A program made the position numbers and the translations under genes. The notes below the pieces were generated by a model. It ran no database searches, had not been told where the DNA came from, and saw only the letters and a list, made by a program, of their open reading frames with translations. Positions 25,691 to 38,202 of a DNA stretch of 64,000 nt are shown here, piece after piece (position 1 is the stretch's first letter; each line of letters starts with the position of its first letter). The DNA is from Leucoraja ocellata (Eukaryota), in the NCBI GenBank assembly GCA_036785375.1, contig JAWMAR010000039.1:744001-808000 (forward strand), read 5' to 3'.

Positions 25691-25855
25691 GATTCCCAAC
25701 GTGTGGGAAAGGAGGAAAGTGTGGATTTACCAAGGAGGACGAGACGGACACTCGAGGATATGATTAAGATGTCTGCAAAGGCCACGAAACCGCGTGAAAC
25801 AGTCGCCCATTCCAGGCAGGAGGTGGCGCAGGAGAAACGTCACGTGCACAAGACA
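25691..25855 (+). CDS. KIAA1671: Probable KIAA1671 coding exon 4 (165 nt, DSQRVGKEES...RHVHKT)
   Basis: Acceptor tttatctgtgccag|GAT, donor ACA|GTAAGA. 55 open codons, phase 0-0, compatible with exon 3. Charged composition like the neighbouring exons; little recognisable sequence conservation. Confidence 0.7.
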
Positions 25856-27487
25856 GTAAGAGACGGTCGTTACATTTGGCGGCTTCCCCGTGGCCATGCG
25901 GCCAGTGCCGGTGTAGCCAGGCGGTGTGTTGGTGCTGCAGTAGACAGGCGGCATGCCAGTGATGCTGTGGATGTGCCCGTTGGTGGACAGTCAATGTAGA
26001 CAGGTGGTGTGTCGGTCAGTGCCACTGGGGATGTACATGATGTTGCTGCTGCTGTTTACGGACAGGCGGTCGGTGTGATTGTTGGTGGACAGGCAGTCAG
26101 CACAGGTTGTTTATAGACAGAATTAACAATGGAATGAGGTACAAAATATCAGTTAGAATTACACAGTTTGGCAACAGGCAAGGGCTCATGTCCTTTGGAG
26201 GAGGTGAGTAAATGAGTAATATTGTCTTCTAGCACATAGAATGTGTTTTTAATTGTCTTAAAGCTGGCACTAAAGTAATTTTGGTACTGTAATTTACAAC
26301 CGTACTGTAATTTTGGAAAAATTTAGCTAATGTCAAGCTCTGTTTTACATCGACTGTTTTGAGAACTTTGGACTGAAATAAATCAGCTGGGACTTCCTAT
26401 TGTGCTGAGTGTGGTCAGAGTTGTTGCTGGGCAGAAGTTCTCAGCGTTTGTCATTGGAGGAGAGGTGGGTGAGGAGGCTGGTCCGAGATGGGGTCGGGGT
26501 ACTCTGTCTTTTGATAAAATTATTGACTGGGAAATACAGCTCTGCCCTTTGCATCAGTGCTATTGGCATTTAATGATCATATGAGCTGTTAAAATGCTGC
26601 AGAATGTTAGTTGAATGGAGGAACGTAGTGCACCCCAAATCCTTCCTGCAATATTGTTGGCCACTGATTGAAACCAGTCACGTCACTCTCACTTTATGAA
26701 TCGGAAAATAATTGCGCCACCGATATTTACAACTCCATTTTGCCACTCAAAGTCGATCATCATTCTCCAGCTCAGTGCTGTGTCCAGCCACGTATAATAT
26801 CATGTCCAAGGCCACGGGGTGCTGTTATTATTCACCTGGTCTTTGTGTGGAGTGTGGCTTCCCTTCCATCAGTATGTGGGAATTGAAAGAACATTTTATA
26901 ACGTGGATAACGTTGTTCACGTTAATAAGTTTCTGCATTTCCTTAATGCAAATGAAGAAATGGTTTAGTGTTTGCAATAGTATCCTCCTCGGTAAGCGTT
27001 GCCCAATATATTTGGATGTGATATTTGGTTTTCTGTTGCTCTCTTTCTCCCCCACGAGCGAGAGCCCGAGTCTGAATCAAGATGTCACAAGGGGGATCAG
27101 TATTTCACGCTTGAACTTTCCCTTTGGGAATGGTGGAAACATGAGAACCAGTGGATCGAAGAGAATAGTCAGTGAAGATAGACGCAAAATGCTGGAGTAA
27201 CTCAGCGGGACAGGCAGCATCTCTGGAGAGAACGGGTGACGTTTCTGGTCGAGATGCTTCTTCAGACTCTCAGATTAATCAGTGATACTGAACCTGTAAT
27301 CTAACGTTCCTTAGTAATGTGAGAGAGGTCCATCGGTATTCTGAGATAATCAGAGATATTAAGGATATCGAGGTATCTCTGGTCCAGGATTCTGGTCATC
27401 AGGACTGGGGGGGTAAACATACTCTTGTTGCTCCCAAGGCAGAGCAGAAAGCACAAAATGACTGAATGAAATATAACGCCGAATGGT

Positions 27488-27882
27488 TATAGAAACATAG
27501 AAACATAGAAATTAGGTGCAGGAGTAGGCCATTCGGCCCTTCGAGCCTGCACCGCCATTTAATATGATCATGGCTGATCATCCAACTCAGTATCCCGTAC
27601 CTGCCTTTTCTCCATACCCTCTGATCCCCTTGGCCACAAGGGCCACATCTAACTCCCTCTTAAATATAGCCAATGAACTGGCCTCAACTACCCTCTGTGG
27701 CAGAGAGTTCCAGAGATTCACCACTCTCTGTGTGAAAAAAGTTCTCCTCATCTCGGTTTTAAAGGATTTCCCCCTTATCCTTAAGCTGTGACCCCTTGTC
27801 CTGGACTTCCCCAACATCGGGAACAATCTTCCTGCATCTAGCCTGTCCAACCCCTTAAGAATTTTGTAAGTTTCTATAAGAG
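27488..27882 (-). mobile_element. CR1 LINE 3' fragment
   Basis: Minus ORF 27587-27850 contains FFTQRVVNLWNSLP; tail (atagaaac)n. Confidence 0.9.
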
Positions 27883-27944
27883 TTATAACGATCTAATTCA
27901 GCCAGCGGGCATTACAACAAAGATTCAAGGCAATATTTTCCTTT

Positions 27945-28071
27945 ATGTTGAAAGGAACTGCAGATGCTGGTTCACACTGAAGATAAACATAAACTGCTGG
28001 AGTAACTCAGCGGGTCAGGCAGCATCGCTGCACAAAAGAAATAGGTGACGTTTCGGGTCAAGACCCTTCTT
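27945..28071 (-). mobile_element. Penelope-like fragment with 14-bp TSD
   Basis: caatattttccttt at 27931-27944 and 28072-28085. Body is the reverse complement of the tgaagaagggtcttgacccgaaacgtcacc family. Confidence 0.7.
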
Positions 28072-28289
28072 CAATATTTTCCTTTGCTTTGTACAAGAGC
28101 TTCACTTGCGCTTATTTCTGTAACCTGACAATGTCAGACTGAAATAACCAGCTTGCAGGGTGGAGAAGGGTCTTGACCCGAAATGTCACCCATCCGTGTT
28201 CTCCACAGATGCTGCCTGACCCGCTGAGTTACTCCAGCGCTTTGTGTCCTTTAAGATGGAACCTGTTATTCTGCCAGCTCTCTGCATCC

Positions 28290-28321
28290 TGCAGTGCAGA
28301 CCTTTTGCCAGCAGATGGCAG
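28290..28321 (+). promoter_or_regulatory. Predicted CTCF site with upstream module
   Basis: CCAGCAGATGGCAG at 28308-28321 matches the CTCF core CCASYAGRKGGCRS exactly. TGCAGTG starts 18 nt upstream, where the ZF9-11 module is expected. Confidence 0.6.
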
Positions 28322-28348
28322 GACGACATTAAAGGGCCAAGCTGTTCA

Positions 28349-28680
28349 TCTATATAACTAAAAGTCTCATCTTGACCACTTCCTGTCTGCGATGTATATT
28401 GATTTTAGAAAAAATGCTACCAAATATCGCTATGATTTTTAGCCATCTTACTCACAATCCTCCTCCGCTGAGGCAGCCCCGAGGATTTTTCCGATCGATG
28501 AAAAATAAAAAAGTTATGAATGTTTAAAAGATCAGCTGATTTGTCCACTCGCCTGTCAATCAACGTGATAATGGTAACGCCCCTTCAAAGGGGTGGGGGT
28601 GGTGCAGCAGGAGTATAAAGCCCTGAACTCTGCTTGAAATGGTATGAAATTGCATTTGAATTTGGTGGCCTGCAATTGTG
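28349..28680 (+). mobile_element. Possible non-autonomous Helitron 5' end
   Basis: a|TCTATATAACTAAAA resembles Helitron 5' termini. No convincing 3' hairpin-CTAG located. Confidence 0.3.
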
Positions 28681-30064
28681 TTCAGACCCCATCGGAACGC
28701 AGTCCATGGTCACAGAAGCGGATTGACCTGCAGTGTTGCCACTGTTTTTCTGATTTGAATCTCAAACAGCTGGTAGATCCTGTCATGGATTTGAGAAACT
28801 CAATTTTCTTCAGTGACAGTGTTGCCTCTGAAACTTACTGTCTTACGGTTCCAATAAGCGAGTTCGGTATTCCGACTGTGCATGCCCAGGTCATACGACA
28901 CTGGAGATAAACATTCTCGACAGCTGAGCTGCTGCATGTATACAAACCTGCGTTTCATCCGCAATCAGGATCGAACCGGGTCTCCAGCGCTGCAAGCGGT
29001 GTTGATTTGCTACTGGAGTTAGCGACACTAGTTCTCCCTTCTCCACTGGTCCATGCAGAAATGTCAGCAGTGACAATCTATTGAATCACGGTCCAGCCCC
29101 CCTCAGTCTGGGTGTATGGGTTCCATTCTCACTCGGGCTGCCCTCCAGGGGTATACAGGGTTATTATACAGGGGCGAACCATGCACTCTGTCCAGGGGCA
29201 GCCAGAGATGTCCGGGGTGACCCTGGACTGACGGGACACCGGTCCAGAGCAGTGGCGGTCCCAGGCTTGCAGCCAGCGCGGAGTAGAAGCGCTAACTCCA
29301 GCTCAACTCTGCTCCAACTCCCGAGGAACCGTTCCCCGACGGGCCGGGGACCGTCAGCTGCACCTCTCACCTTATGCTACCTGCCCCGCTGAGTTACTCC
29401 AGCACATTGTGTCTACCTTCGGTGTAAACTAGCATCTGCAGTTTCTTCCTACAGGGCGACGACGCCTGTCCGGGTAAAGGCGAGGCGGCGGGGAGAGGGA
29501 TGGGATAGAGAGAGGGATGGGATGGGGAGAGGAATCCCTCCACCTCCCCCCCCCCCCTCCATCCCCCCCGCCCAGGACTGGAGGGAGGGACTGGGGGACA
29601 TTGCCCGCCTCTGCAACCAACCTGCAAACCCCAGCATTCCCCGCAGAATGTTAGACTAAACACATCTATGAGCAAAACACAAACACGCACGTCTTTCACC
29701 CCCCTTCTCTCTCCCCCAACTCTCACCGTCTCTCCGCCAGTTCAGTCTCTACCCGTCTCCCACTCGCATCTGCCCCCCTCTCTCTCGCTGTTACACCCCG
29801 CTCTCCCGCTACCCGGCACCCCCCTTCGCTTTTTTTTTTTCTCAAATGAACTTTGACAAATCCCATGATTCCTTGCGTTTTTCAGAATACTGAACTCGCT
29901 TCTTGCAGGTGAGCTGTGTTGGACCATCTTTACCTAAGCACCATGTTTAATTTCAGAAAGGCTTCGCACTTCATTTCAGCTCTATAGGTTTATCACAAAA
30001 TAGATTCTAGTGACATCGTCCAGAAAGTTTACATGAAACAGAAGGCTTGGCTTCACTTTGAATC

Positions 30065-30298
30065 NNNNNNNNNNNNNNNNNNNNNNNNNNNNNNNNNNNN
30101 NNNNNNNNNNNNNNNNNNNNNNNNNNNNNNNNNNNNNNNNNNNNNNNNNNNNNNNNNNNNNNNNNNNNNNNNNNNNNNNNNNNNNNNNNNNNNNNNNNNN
30201 NNNNNNNNNNNNNNNNNNNNNNNNNNNNNNNNNNNNNNNNNNNNNNNNNNNNNNNNNNNNNNNNNNNNNNNNNNNNNNNNNNNNNNNNNNNNNNNNNN
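30065..30298. other. Assembly gap
   Basis: Run of N. Confidence 1.
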
Positions 30299-32974
30299 GG
30301 AAGTGTTACCAGTATTAACCACCATGATCGATGCAGGATTATATCTGAAACTTGTCCTGGTCTACTCCCTCTGAATGCTGACTGACTTACAGCAGTTGTT
30401 GGAGGCAAAGGAACTGCAAGTGCTGGCATCTTGCATAGAACAAAGTGCTGGAGCAACACTCTGAAGAAGGGTCCCAACCCAATACGTAACCTGTCCACAT
30501 TCTCCAGAGATGCTGCCTGGCCCGCTGACTTACTCCAGCACTTTGTGTCCTAAACAGTGGTTGTTGCTTGTGTTGGGTTGTACTTCTTCAGGTTTGTGAA
30601 ACTGAAAATAGTAGTTGTGTTGCAGTGGACCGTCTCCAACGATGAAACTGAGTGATGGGAGTCAAAAATTACATGGAAGGAAAATAAGTTAATATATAAT
30701 GGTGTGTTCACGATACTTTTGTCATCCGTCTTTCTTTGAGAAAGGAAGTAAAGTACAAAACTGTTGATGCTTATTTTTCTTGTATTTGTTTCTGAGATGC
30801 ATTGAGTTGCCGTCATCGCATGACCTCAGCTGTATCTATGACAGCACAGAGGCAATGAAATGACAGCAGTCCACATAAATAGGTCATCACAACTTCATCG
30901 CCATTCATGGCGGCAGCTTCTCCGTTGCCATAGTGATCTGCACCAACCAGCTGAGTAGTGGTGTTGCGACTTGTCAATCAGGGAACCTTGCATGGAGAAC
31001 TGCAACTGCAGAAGGTAAAGTATAGGACACGGCATCAGTTCCCCAGGTCTCCATCCACCCCCACACCAACTGAACGGTGGAGGGTCTTATAAAGGAGAAT
31101 ATTCGCCATTGAAATTAAATAACAAATTGAGGACAAAATGATTGCCCAGAATGAGCTGACAATCCTCCTCTGACAGGGAGGTTAAGGTTCACACCAGGGG
31201 TGGAGTTGAGCTTGTTCTTCTGGTCCCAGGGTATAAAGTTGTTGATCTGGTGGAACTTCATAGTCCTGCTGGTCATGGTGAACATTATAAACCGAGAGGA
31301 AAAGCTTCTTGAAACAATTAGCTTTGCATCTTCCCCCACATTTGTTATGCTTGGTCCTTAAATGAATGCAGGAAATGCCTCAAATTTTGATAAAGCGATA
31401 TCTTGGTTGAGCTCCAGATCTTTAAGGACTCATTCGGCCAAAAGCTATGTTTCAGGTCAACTAGTAAAGTTGAGTCGAGTTTGTTGTCAGATGCACAAGT
31501 ACAGTGATGTACAGGAACAGTGGGAGTCTGACATAAACACAGAAAATCTCAGCCAGTCAAGTCACATCTGTAGACTTGCTGAATGCTTCCAGCATTTTCT
31601 GTTTTTATACCACATCACTGAATCTGCCTCAGAGAGAGAAAAAAACCCACTTGACTATTTATTATTTAGGGTGTTAAGATTGTTCATGTTATCCATGATG
31701 TGACACTTGATTTCCCTGGGTTTATTCAGAGGTTCAATAAGAATACTGATTATTTGATCACCAGCAGAATGAATTGAGTAATTTAACATTCACTATGTAA
31801 AAAAGCTTTGTAAGTTAAATTTGCTATAGTTTAATTATACACTGCAATTAGATATTAAGTGATCCTTGGGTTGAGATGCATTACCTCATGCAGTGCTATA
31901 GAAACATGACATCATTGGCTATTGCTCATTCATTCCCAGATCTTGTGGATTTCCCTGAAATTTCCAGTCCCACGGGGATTCTGTGCCATCACCTCAGCAC
32001 TCTCCATCTAGGTTCCTTCACGGAAACCATCGTAAATCCATCAATAAACCCCTTACCTCATGGATGATGTGATCGTCCTATTGCAGATGTATGTAATTTT
32101 GTTTGTGTCGGTCACAGATATCAGCAAATAGATCTGAGGTCCTCAGCTGGGCATCCAAAGATGAACAGCTGTGGTGGAATCTCAAGCATGTTACAGATGA
32201 CGGTTTTGTATGAAGCTAGGAACATTACTGAGCAGGAAGCGACAGAGCAGAAATTATAGATACACAAAAAGCAGAAGTAACTCAGCGGGTCAGACAACAT
32301 CTCTGGAGATGCGGTGTGACCTGCTCAGTCACTCCATGTTTTTGTGTCCATCTTTGGTTTAAGCCAGCATCTGCAGTTCCTTCCTACACGCAGAAGAAAT
32401 TATGTTGTTCATATTTTAAACTTCTCCTGCCAGTGGTTGGTTGAGACGGTGAATAAGAGATTTGCTCTCATTCTTCTGTTTGTGATCCGTAAGTGAATAA
32501 TGTTTGTGACATCAAGGTTTGAGTTAACAGCACTGCCCCGAGCCTCACTGCTTCTTGCTCTCCTTCAATGCCTGACCCAAAATCATAAAGTACTACGCTG
32601 TGCAAATTGGGAAGAGCCACATTCCTGTGCACTGTCACTCCTGGATAGGAATTAAGAAGAGATTTCCTCCAGTTCGGCTTCAGCTCAGCATCACAAACAA
32701 TAACTTCTTGTGCTGTCTCCAGCCCGCACTGCCCAAGGTTTTGCAACTTTCAATACGGTGCTGACAAAGTAGACTGTAATGAAAGTGATGTTCACTTCAT
32801 GATGACTTTGCCTTGTTCTGTGAACGTAATGCTCTCACGTTCTCAACAGATTTTCCCCATGATGTTGCGATGGGATTGTGTTGACTTGGTGTCATGTAAC
32901 GCGGGCAGAGTGAATGACACGGCTTCCATTGCCTCCGTCCCTTCCCCTATAGCACCTGCCTTAATGTGAGGCTG

Positions 32975-33436
32975 ATAACTTTTTTGTCCAATTCCCTCTC
33001 TCCATCCCTCTAGCATCCTAGTTCTCCGACTAGTTTCACTGTCCTCCTGATTAAATCTTACTGTTTGTATGCTTCGTTGTCAGCTTCCCCTCGGTTAACA
33101 AAGATCCTTTCTACATTTTCCTTGACCGTCCCCTTTGATCTCTCATTTTCACACCTTGCCCTTCCATATTTCAATGTCTCCCTCCACCATGACTCTCAGT
33201 CTGAAGAAGGGTCTTGATCCGAAATGTCACCCATTCCTATAGTCCCGCTGAGTCACTCCAGCATTTTCTGTCCACCCACTTCTCCTTAAATGGTTTCGAC
33301 CGATGACCTTTTACATTTCTACTGAACTGCATGTGGCCATAAAATAGACACAAAAATCTGGAGTAACTCAGCGGGGACAGGCAGCATCTCTGGAGAGAGG
33401 GAATCGTGTGACGTTTTGGGTCGAGACCCTTCTTCC
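32975..33436. mobile_element. Longer Penelope-like terminal fragment (+) followed by an inverted copy (-)
   Basis: Pyrimidine-rich body related to 59270-59525, with a ctgaagaaggg..gaaatgtc core at 33201-33228. Reverse copy at 33345-33436. Confidence 0.6.
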
Positions 33437-35147
33437 ATAATGTTGGCCACTTGGTGTCTCAGCCACAGTCTGTAACTCCCGTTACAGCCACAGAATTGTT
33501 GTTCTGCATTGCACTGAGCAAAGTAACAGCTGATTGTTTTGTGTGGATTGAGGTTGGAATAAGGGCTTTTTTTAAACTCACTATTTGCATATATTCAGTA
33601 TATACATGATTTTAAAACCTGCCACTGCATTTCCACTGACCTTGCAATCAATAAATGGCATTTTGTGATATACCAGTTTGTCATAAACCTCCAGCCTTGA
33701 ATCACTTTCTGATTAATATGCCATTTCCAATTAGTGTTCCAGCGTTTGTTTTGTGGAGTCCTTGTTCCTATAAATCTCACCAGGACCTGCAGTCATTTTG
33801 CGTAATAATCTCTGAGAGGGGGCACTTATGTCATCTGGCCTTCTGTCCGCACACGGAACCGGTAAATCTTTACGGGTACAGTAATTTGCTGCCCTCAATC
33901 TTACACGTGTGGCTACAACAGGCACAGAAAATGATGAGGTCACTGGGTTATCCGAAGCTTTCTTCTCATTCCCGCACCTGTCTACAATGGCCAGTCCCTG
34001 CAGACAATGAGGGGGCCTGGATAAAATAATATAAACATCAGGTTTCAACTCAAACCGTCAAATATTCCTGGATAAACGTCTAACAATATGCAAGAGCTTT
34101 GTTTTGGCTAGAAGTATTATAATGCTTGTTTTTCCAAACACATTTGCATCTTTGTGTGGTAGTTGTGTGGCATATTAATGATACAGTGAAGAACAGTCCT
34201 GTCTGACTGGTTCAGTCACCAAACCTGGCCATACCTCTCCAGGTTAGAAGCTGACTGGCAAATCCCATGTGTTATCTGGTGGTTGATAGCCAGAAGAGCT
34301 GAGTAAATTGAGAGAAATGGTTTTCATTGGTTTGAAGTTTCTAAAATGAGATACTTCCATGACCTTTGGACCCTTCCACACTTCAGGACTTGGAACAATA
34401 AATGACCGGGATAGGGTTGCACATCAGCTGTGATCTGGTGGAGTGACTCAAGGGCCCGGATGGCAAATCTGGCTCCAAGGTCCATTAACCAATTGAAAAG
34501 TAAAAGATCTGGAAATCCAAAATAGAAACAAAGTGTTGGCAAAGGGTCAGGCGTCATCTGCGAGAGATGAATTGGAGTTGTGTTTCAGACCCATGACCCC
34601 TGAATTCAAACTTTACTCTTTGTGATGAAGGACTGTTGTCCTGAAGCATTAACTCTGCATGCTGCTTCCACACATTCCACCCACCCAGCAGAATATTCCT
34701 GCTTTTATTCCGTTCAGCGACTCTGTGGTAGATGAGAATTCAAGATTCAAGAGAGTTTATTGTCATGTGTCCCAGATAGGACAATGAAATTCTTGCTTTG
34801 CTTCAGCACAACAGAATATAGTAGGCATGAATACAGAACAGATCAGTGTGTCCATATGAATTCATTGTGTAGCTTCAACAGAAGAAGAACATTTTTTGCT
34901 AAAATTGTAATTAACTGAGGTGGTGGGTTCAAAAAGAAGGAACCTAGTTGAATGAGATTGACCCGGGATTGCTGAATGGTGAAACCTCATGCAAATAGAT
35001 ACAACTCTAGTGTTGCAATCTGATTCTGCATGTGGCTTTCCTTCCCGACACCTTCTCACGTGGCAAAGCATCAGTGACTATTTGCTTTTTTATGTAAATA
35101 TAATGTTTTTCTTCACAGTTTGTTCCCTTGCAATTTGCAGCATTTAG

Positions 35148-35757
35148 AACCATAGAATCTTACAGCGTGAAAGTAGGTCCTTTGGCCCAACTTGCCCACA
35201 CCAACCAACATGCCCCGCCTACACTCGTCCCACCTGCCTGCGTTTGGCCCATATCCCTCTAGACCTATCCTATCCATGTACCTGTCCAAATGTTTCTTAA
35301 AAGTTGCCATAGTAGCTCCCTAATCTACCTTCCCCCGGCAGCTCGTTTCATATACCCACCACCCTCTGTGTAAAAAAGAAAGTTACCCTTCAGTTACCCC
35401 TTTTAAATCTCCCCCTCACCTTAAACCTATGTCTTCTGGTTCTTGACTCCCCAACTCTGGCCAAAAGACACTGTGTCTACTCGATCTTCTTCTCGTGATT
35501 TTGTACGCCTCCATAAGATCACCCCTCATCCTCTTGCACTCCAAGAGATAGTGTCCTAGTCTACTCAACCTCTCCCTATAGCTCAGGCCCTCGAGTCCTG
35601 GCAACATCCTTGTAAATCCTCTCTGCACCCTTTCAAGCTTGACAACATCTACATCATAACATGGTGACCAAACCTGAACACAATATTCTAAATGTGGCCT
35701 CACCAATGTCTAATGCAACTGCAACATGACCACCCAAGTTCTGTATTCAATACTCTG
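35148..35757 (-). mobile_element. CR1-clade LINE 3' fragment whose tail resembles the SINE tail (HER1-like)
   Basis: Minus ORFs VRPHLEYCVQVWSP..LERVQRGFTRMLPGLEGLSYRERL and FKKHLDRYMD. Confidence 0.85.
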
Positions 35758-36679
35758 GATATTTGTCCACGTCAGGGGGAGTTCACACCTTGGGGAGGGG
35801 GGTGCATCCCACACATTTTGTGGGGTCCCACACACTTAGGGGAGGGGGTACCACACATTGGGGAAGGGGGAGTGGGAGGGATTCCCCCCGCACATTGGTG
35901 GTGAATTGTTGCACTGCATTAGATGTAGTTGGTCAGAGGAAAGGTCCCGTCTGAAGGCTATGGCTGATCACCCTGACACCCTGGCCAAATCCTTATCCCT
36001 AAAGCACACTGCTGAGAGAGATTGTCGTTGTCTTCTGGGGTTTATGCCATTGTTTTGTGCAAGTTGACCAGAATATTCCCTGCTTGGCACAGTGAATTCA
36101 CCACATAACCCACACAACTGGCCTGAGAGAGGCTCCACTGTCATTGGCCTTGGGGAACATGAGGGAAACACAGTCTGTTTTTGTGCCAAGACGGGGAAGG
36201 AGCATTGTTTCAGAGTTGAATTGCCGGAAACTTTCACATGTCAACAGAGAGATTTCAGTTGCCCATTGATCTGCGCAGTTCTGTGTATCCATGCTGATTG
36301 TCACCAAGTGGAGTGCTGCCGCGATGAGCTCTGTTCAGCCACTCCCTATGTAGTGAAATGGATTTTTTGGTAAACTCTACAATCGGAATAAGTTACAACT
36401 TGGTCACATTGAACAAAGTGCTGGAGGAACTCAGCGGGTCAGGCAGCATCTGTGGATGGGAATGGACTGGCGACGTTTGGAGTCGGGTCCCTGCCGACTG
36501 AAACCTGGCCCGAAAGGTCGCGTATCCATTACCTCCACAGATGCTGCCTGACCCGCTGAGCTCATGCAGAACTTTGTGTTGTGCTCAGAATTCCAGCATC
36601 TGCAGTTTCTTGTGTCTCCTCGATGTTGATTACAGCTTACCTATATACCCACGCAATTGGACATTATCGATAGTATAGA

Positions 36680-37090
36680 TATACGGAAACATGCCCTTCA
36701 GCCCAACTCGTTCATATCAACCAACATGCCCATCTGTTAGTCCCATTTGCCTGTGTTTTACCCATATCTCTCACAATGTATCCTAACCATGTACCTGTCT
36801 GAATGACTTTTAAAATTTGTTATTGGACCTGCCTCAACCACATCCTTTGACAGCTCATCCCATATACACACATCCGCTTAAAGAAATTAGCCCTCGGGTC
36901 ACTGTGATATCTTTCCCCTCCTGTCTTAAACCTACTGTATGCCTTCTACCCTGGGGAGAAAAAGCTATTTCCCCTCATGTTTTTATACACATGATCAACC
37001 CTTGGTCTCCTAGCCTGCCCACCTCTATAACTCAGGCCAGCGAGTCCTAGCACTGTTCTCATTAATCTTCTTTGTACCCTGCTTGACTTA
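36680..37090 (-). mobile_element. Degenerate copy of the same CR1-clade 3' region
   Basis: Similar to 35160-35640. Confidence 0.6.
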
Positions 37091-37439
37091 ATGAACAAAA
37101 CACACTAACTGTAAAAGTATCATTGTCCTAACAGTATCAGTCTGTCGGGGACAGAGAGTTTAAACATCGTTCTCCCGCACCCCTATCAGTGTGTCATGTC
37201 TGTTGCCATTTTATATCAGAATACCATATATAGTAAACATCTGCTTGTGGTGGGGGAAGCAGGGACTTTAACTCTTCCCACTCACTGTCCAACCACACAC
37301 TGACCAGCAGGATTTGTATCTTACATTGCTACTGTTGTAGGCTTCCTCATCAGTTGAGAAGTTTATAACATTGTATATAAAAGAACAATGTCTCTTTCAA
37401 ATTTAGGAAAGACTCGTTTTGAAAAGAGTTTTTGCTTTT

Positions 37440-37540
37440 TCAAAGCACGGTCAGGCAGTAATTACTTCAGCAGTCATTTCCTGAGTGTGCATCACGTGAC
37501 TTCTGTGTATATGTCTCTCGCTCTCTCTCGCTCTTGATCG

Positions 37541-37618
<78 letters not shown>

Positions 37619-38151
37619 TGCTGAAGACTGTAATTGCTGGATGTGGGGAAAGGCAGCAGGTCAGCAATGGAGTGTGTGTGAGTGTGTGTGTGCATGTAAG
37701 TATGTGAGTGTGTGTGTAAGTATGTGAACATGAATGATTGATCATGTGGGAGTGTGAGAGAGTGTGTAATAGTATGTGTGTGAGAGTGTGAGTGTGTAAA
37801 AGAGTGTGTATTGTGTGTATGAGTGTATGTAAGAGAATGTGGGTGTGTGAGAGTGTGTGTGTGAGTGTGTGTATGTATGTCAGTGTGTGTATGTAAGAGA
37901 ATGTGAGTGTGTGTAATAGGTGTGTGTGAGTGTGTATATGAGTGTATGTAAGAGAATGTGAGTGTGTATAAGATGGTGAGTGTGTGTGTGTATACGTGTT
38001 GCCTGCCTCAGTGACAGAACACTTTGCTCAACCTGCCCCGGTTCTCGCTGTAACCAGGAAACTGAAAGATAGCAAGTGAGTGGGGAAACAGCAGAGTGAG
38101 CTTATTTGAACTGTATTTTTTTAACACACAGAGATATTCTCAGCAGAGAGG
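37440..38151 (+). promoter_or_regulatory. Probable internal promoter/5'UTR for the 38152 exon
   Basis: Palindromic E-box TCACGTGA at 37492-37499, followed by (CT)n and TG-rich tracts directly upstream of the small first exon. Confidence 0.35.
37514..37998. repeat. (CT)n microsatellite followed by an imperfect (TG)n tract
   Basis: Directly visible at about 37514-37615 and 37670-37998. Confidence 0.95.
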
Positions 38152-38202
38152 ATGGATTACTATTATTGTCCATGGCTACGCAGAATGTTTCAATACTTTT
38201 GG
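38152..38202 (+). CDS. KIAA1671: Alternative first coding exon of a short KIAA1671 isoform (MDYYYCPWLRRMFQYFW)
   Basis: aggATGg start, 17 codons, consensus donor TGG|GTAAGT in phase 0. Resembles a recalled MDYYYCP-type short-isoform N-terminus (not verified). Too short for the ORF track. Confidence 0.7.

Noticed and set aside
30992-31020. ATG...AG|GTAAAG as another first exon (also donors near 48772 and 48960)
   Set aside because: Wrong phase or in-frame stops relative to the phase-0 scheme, and no other support.
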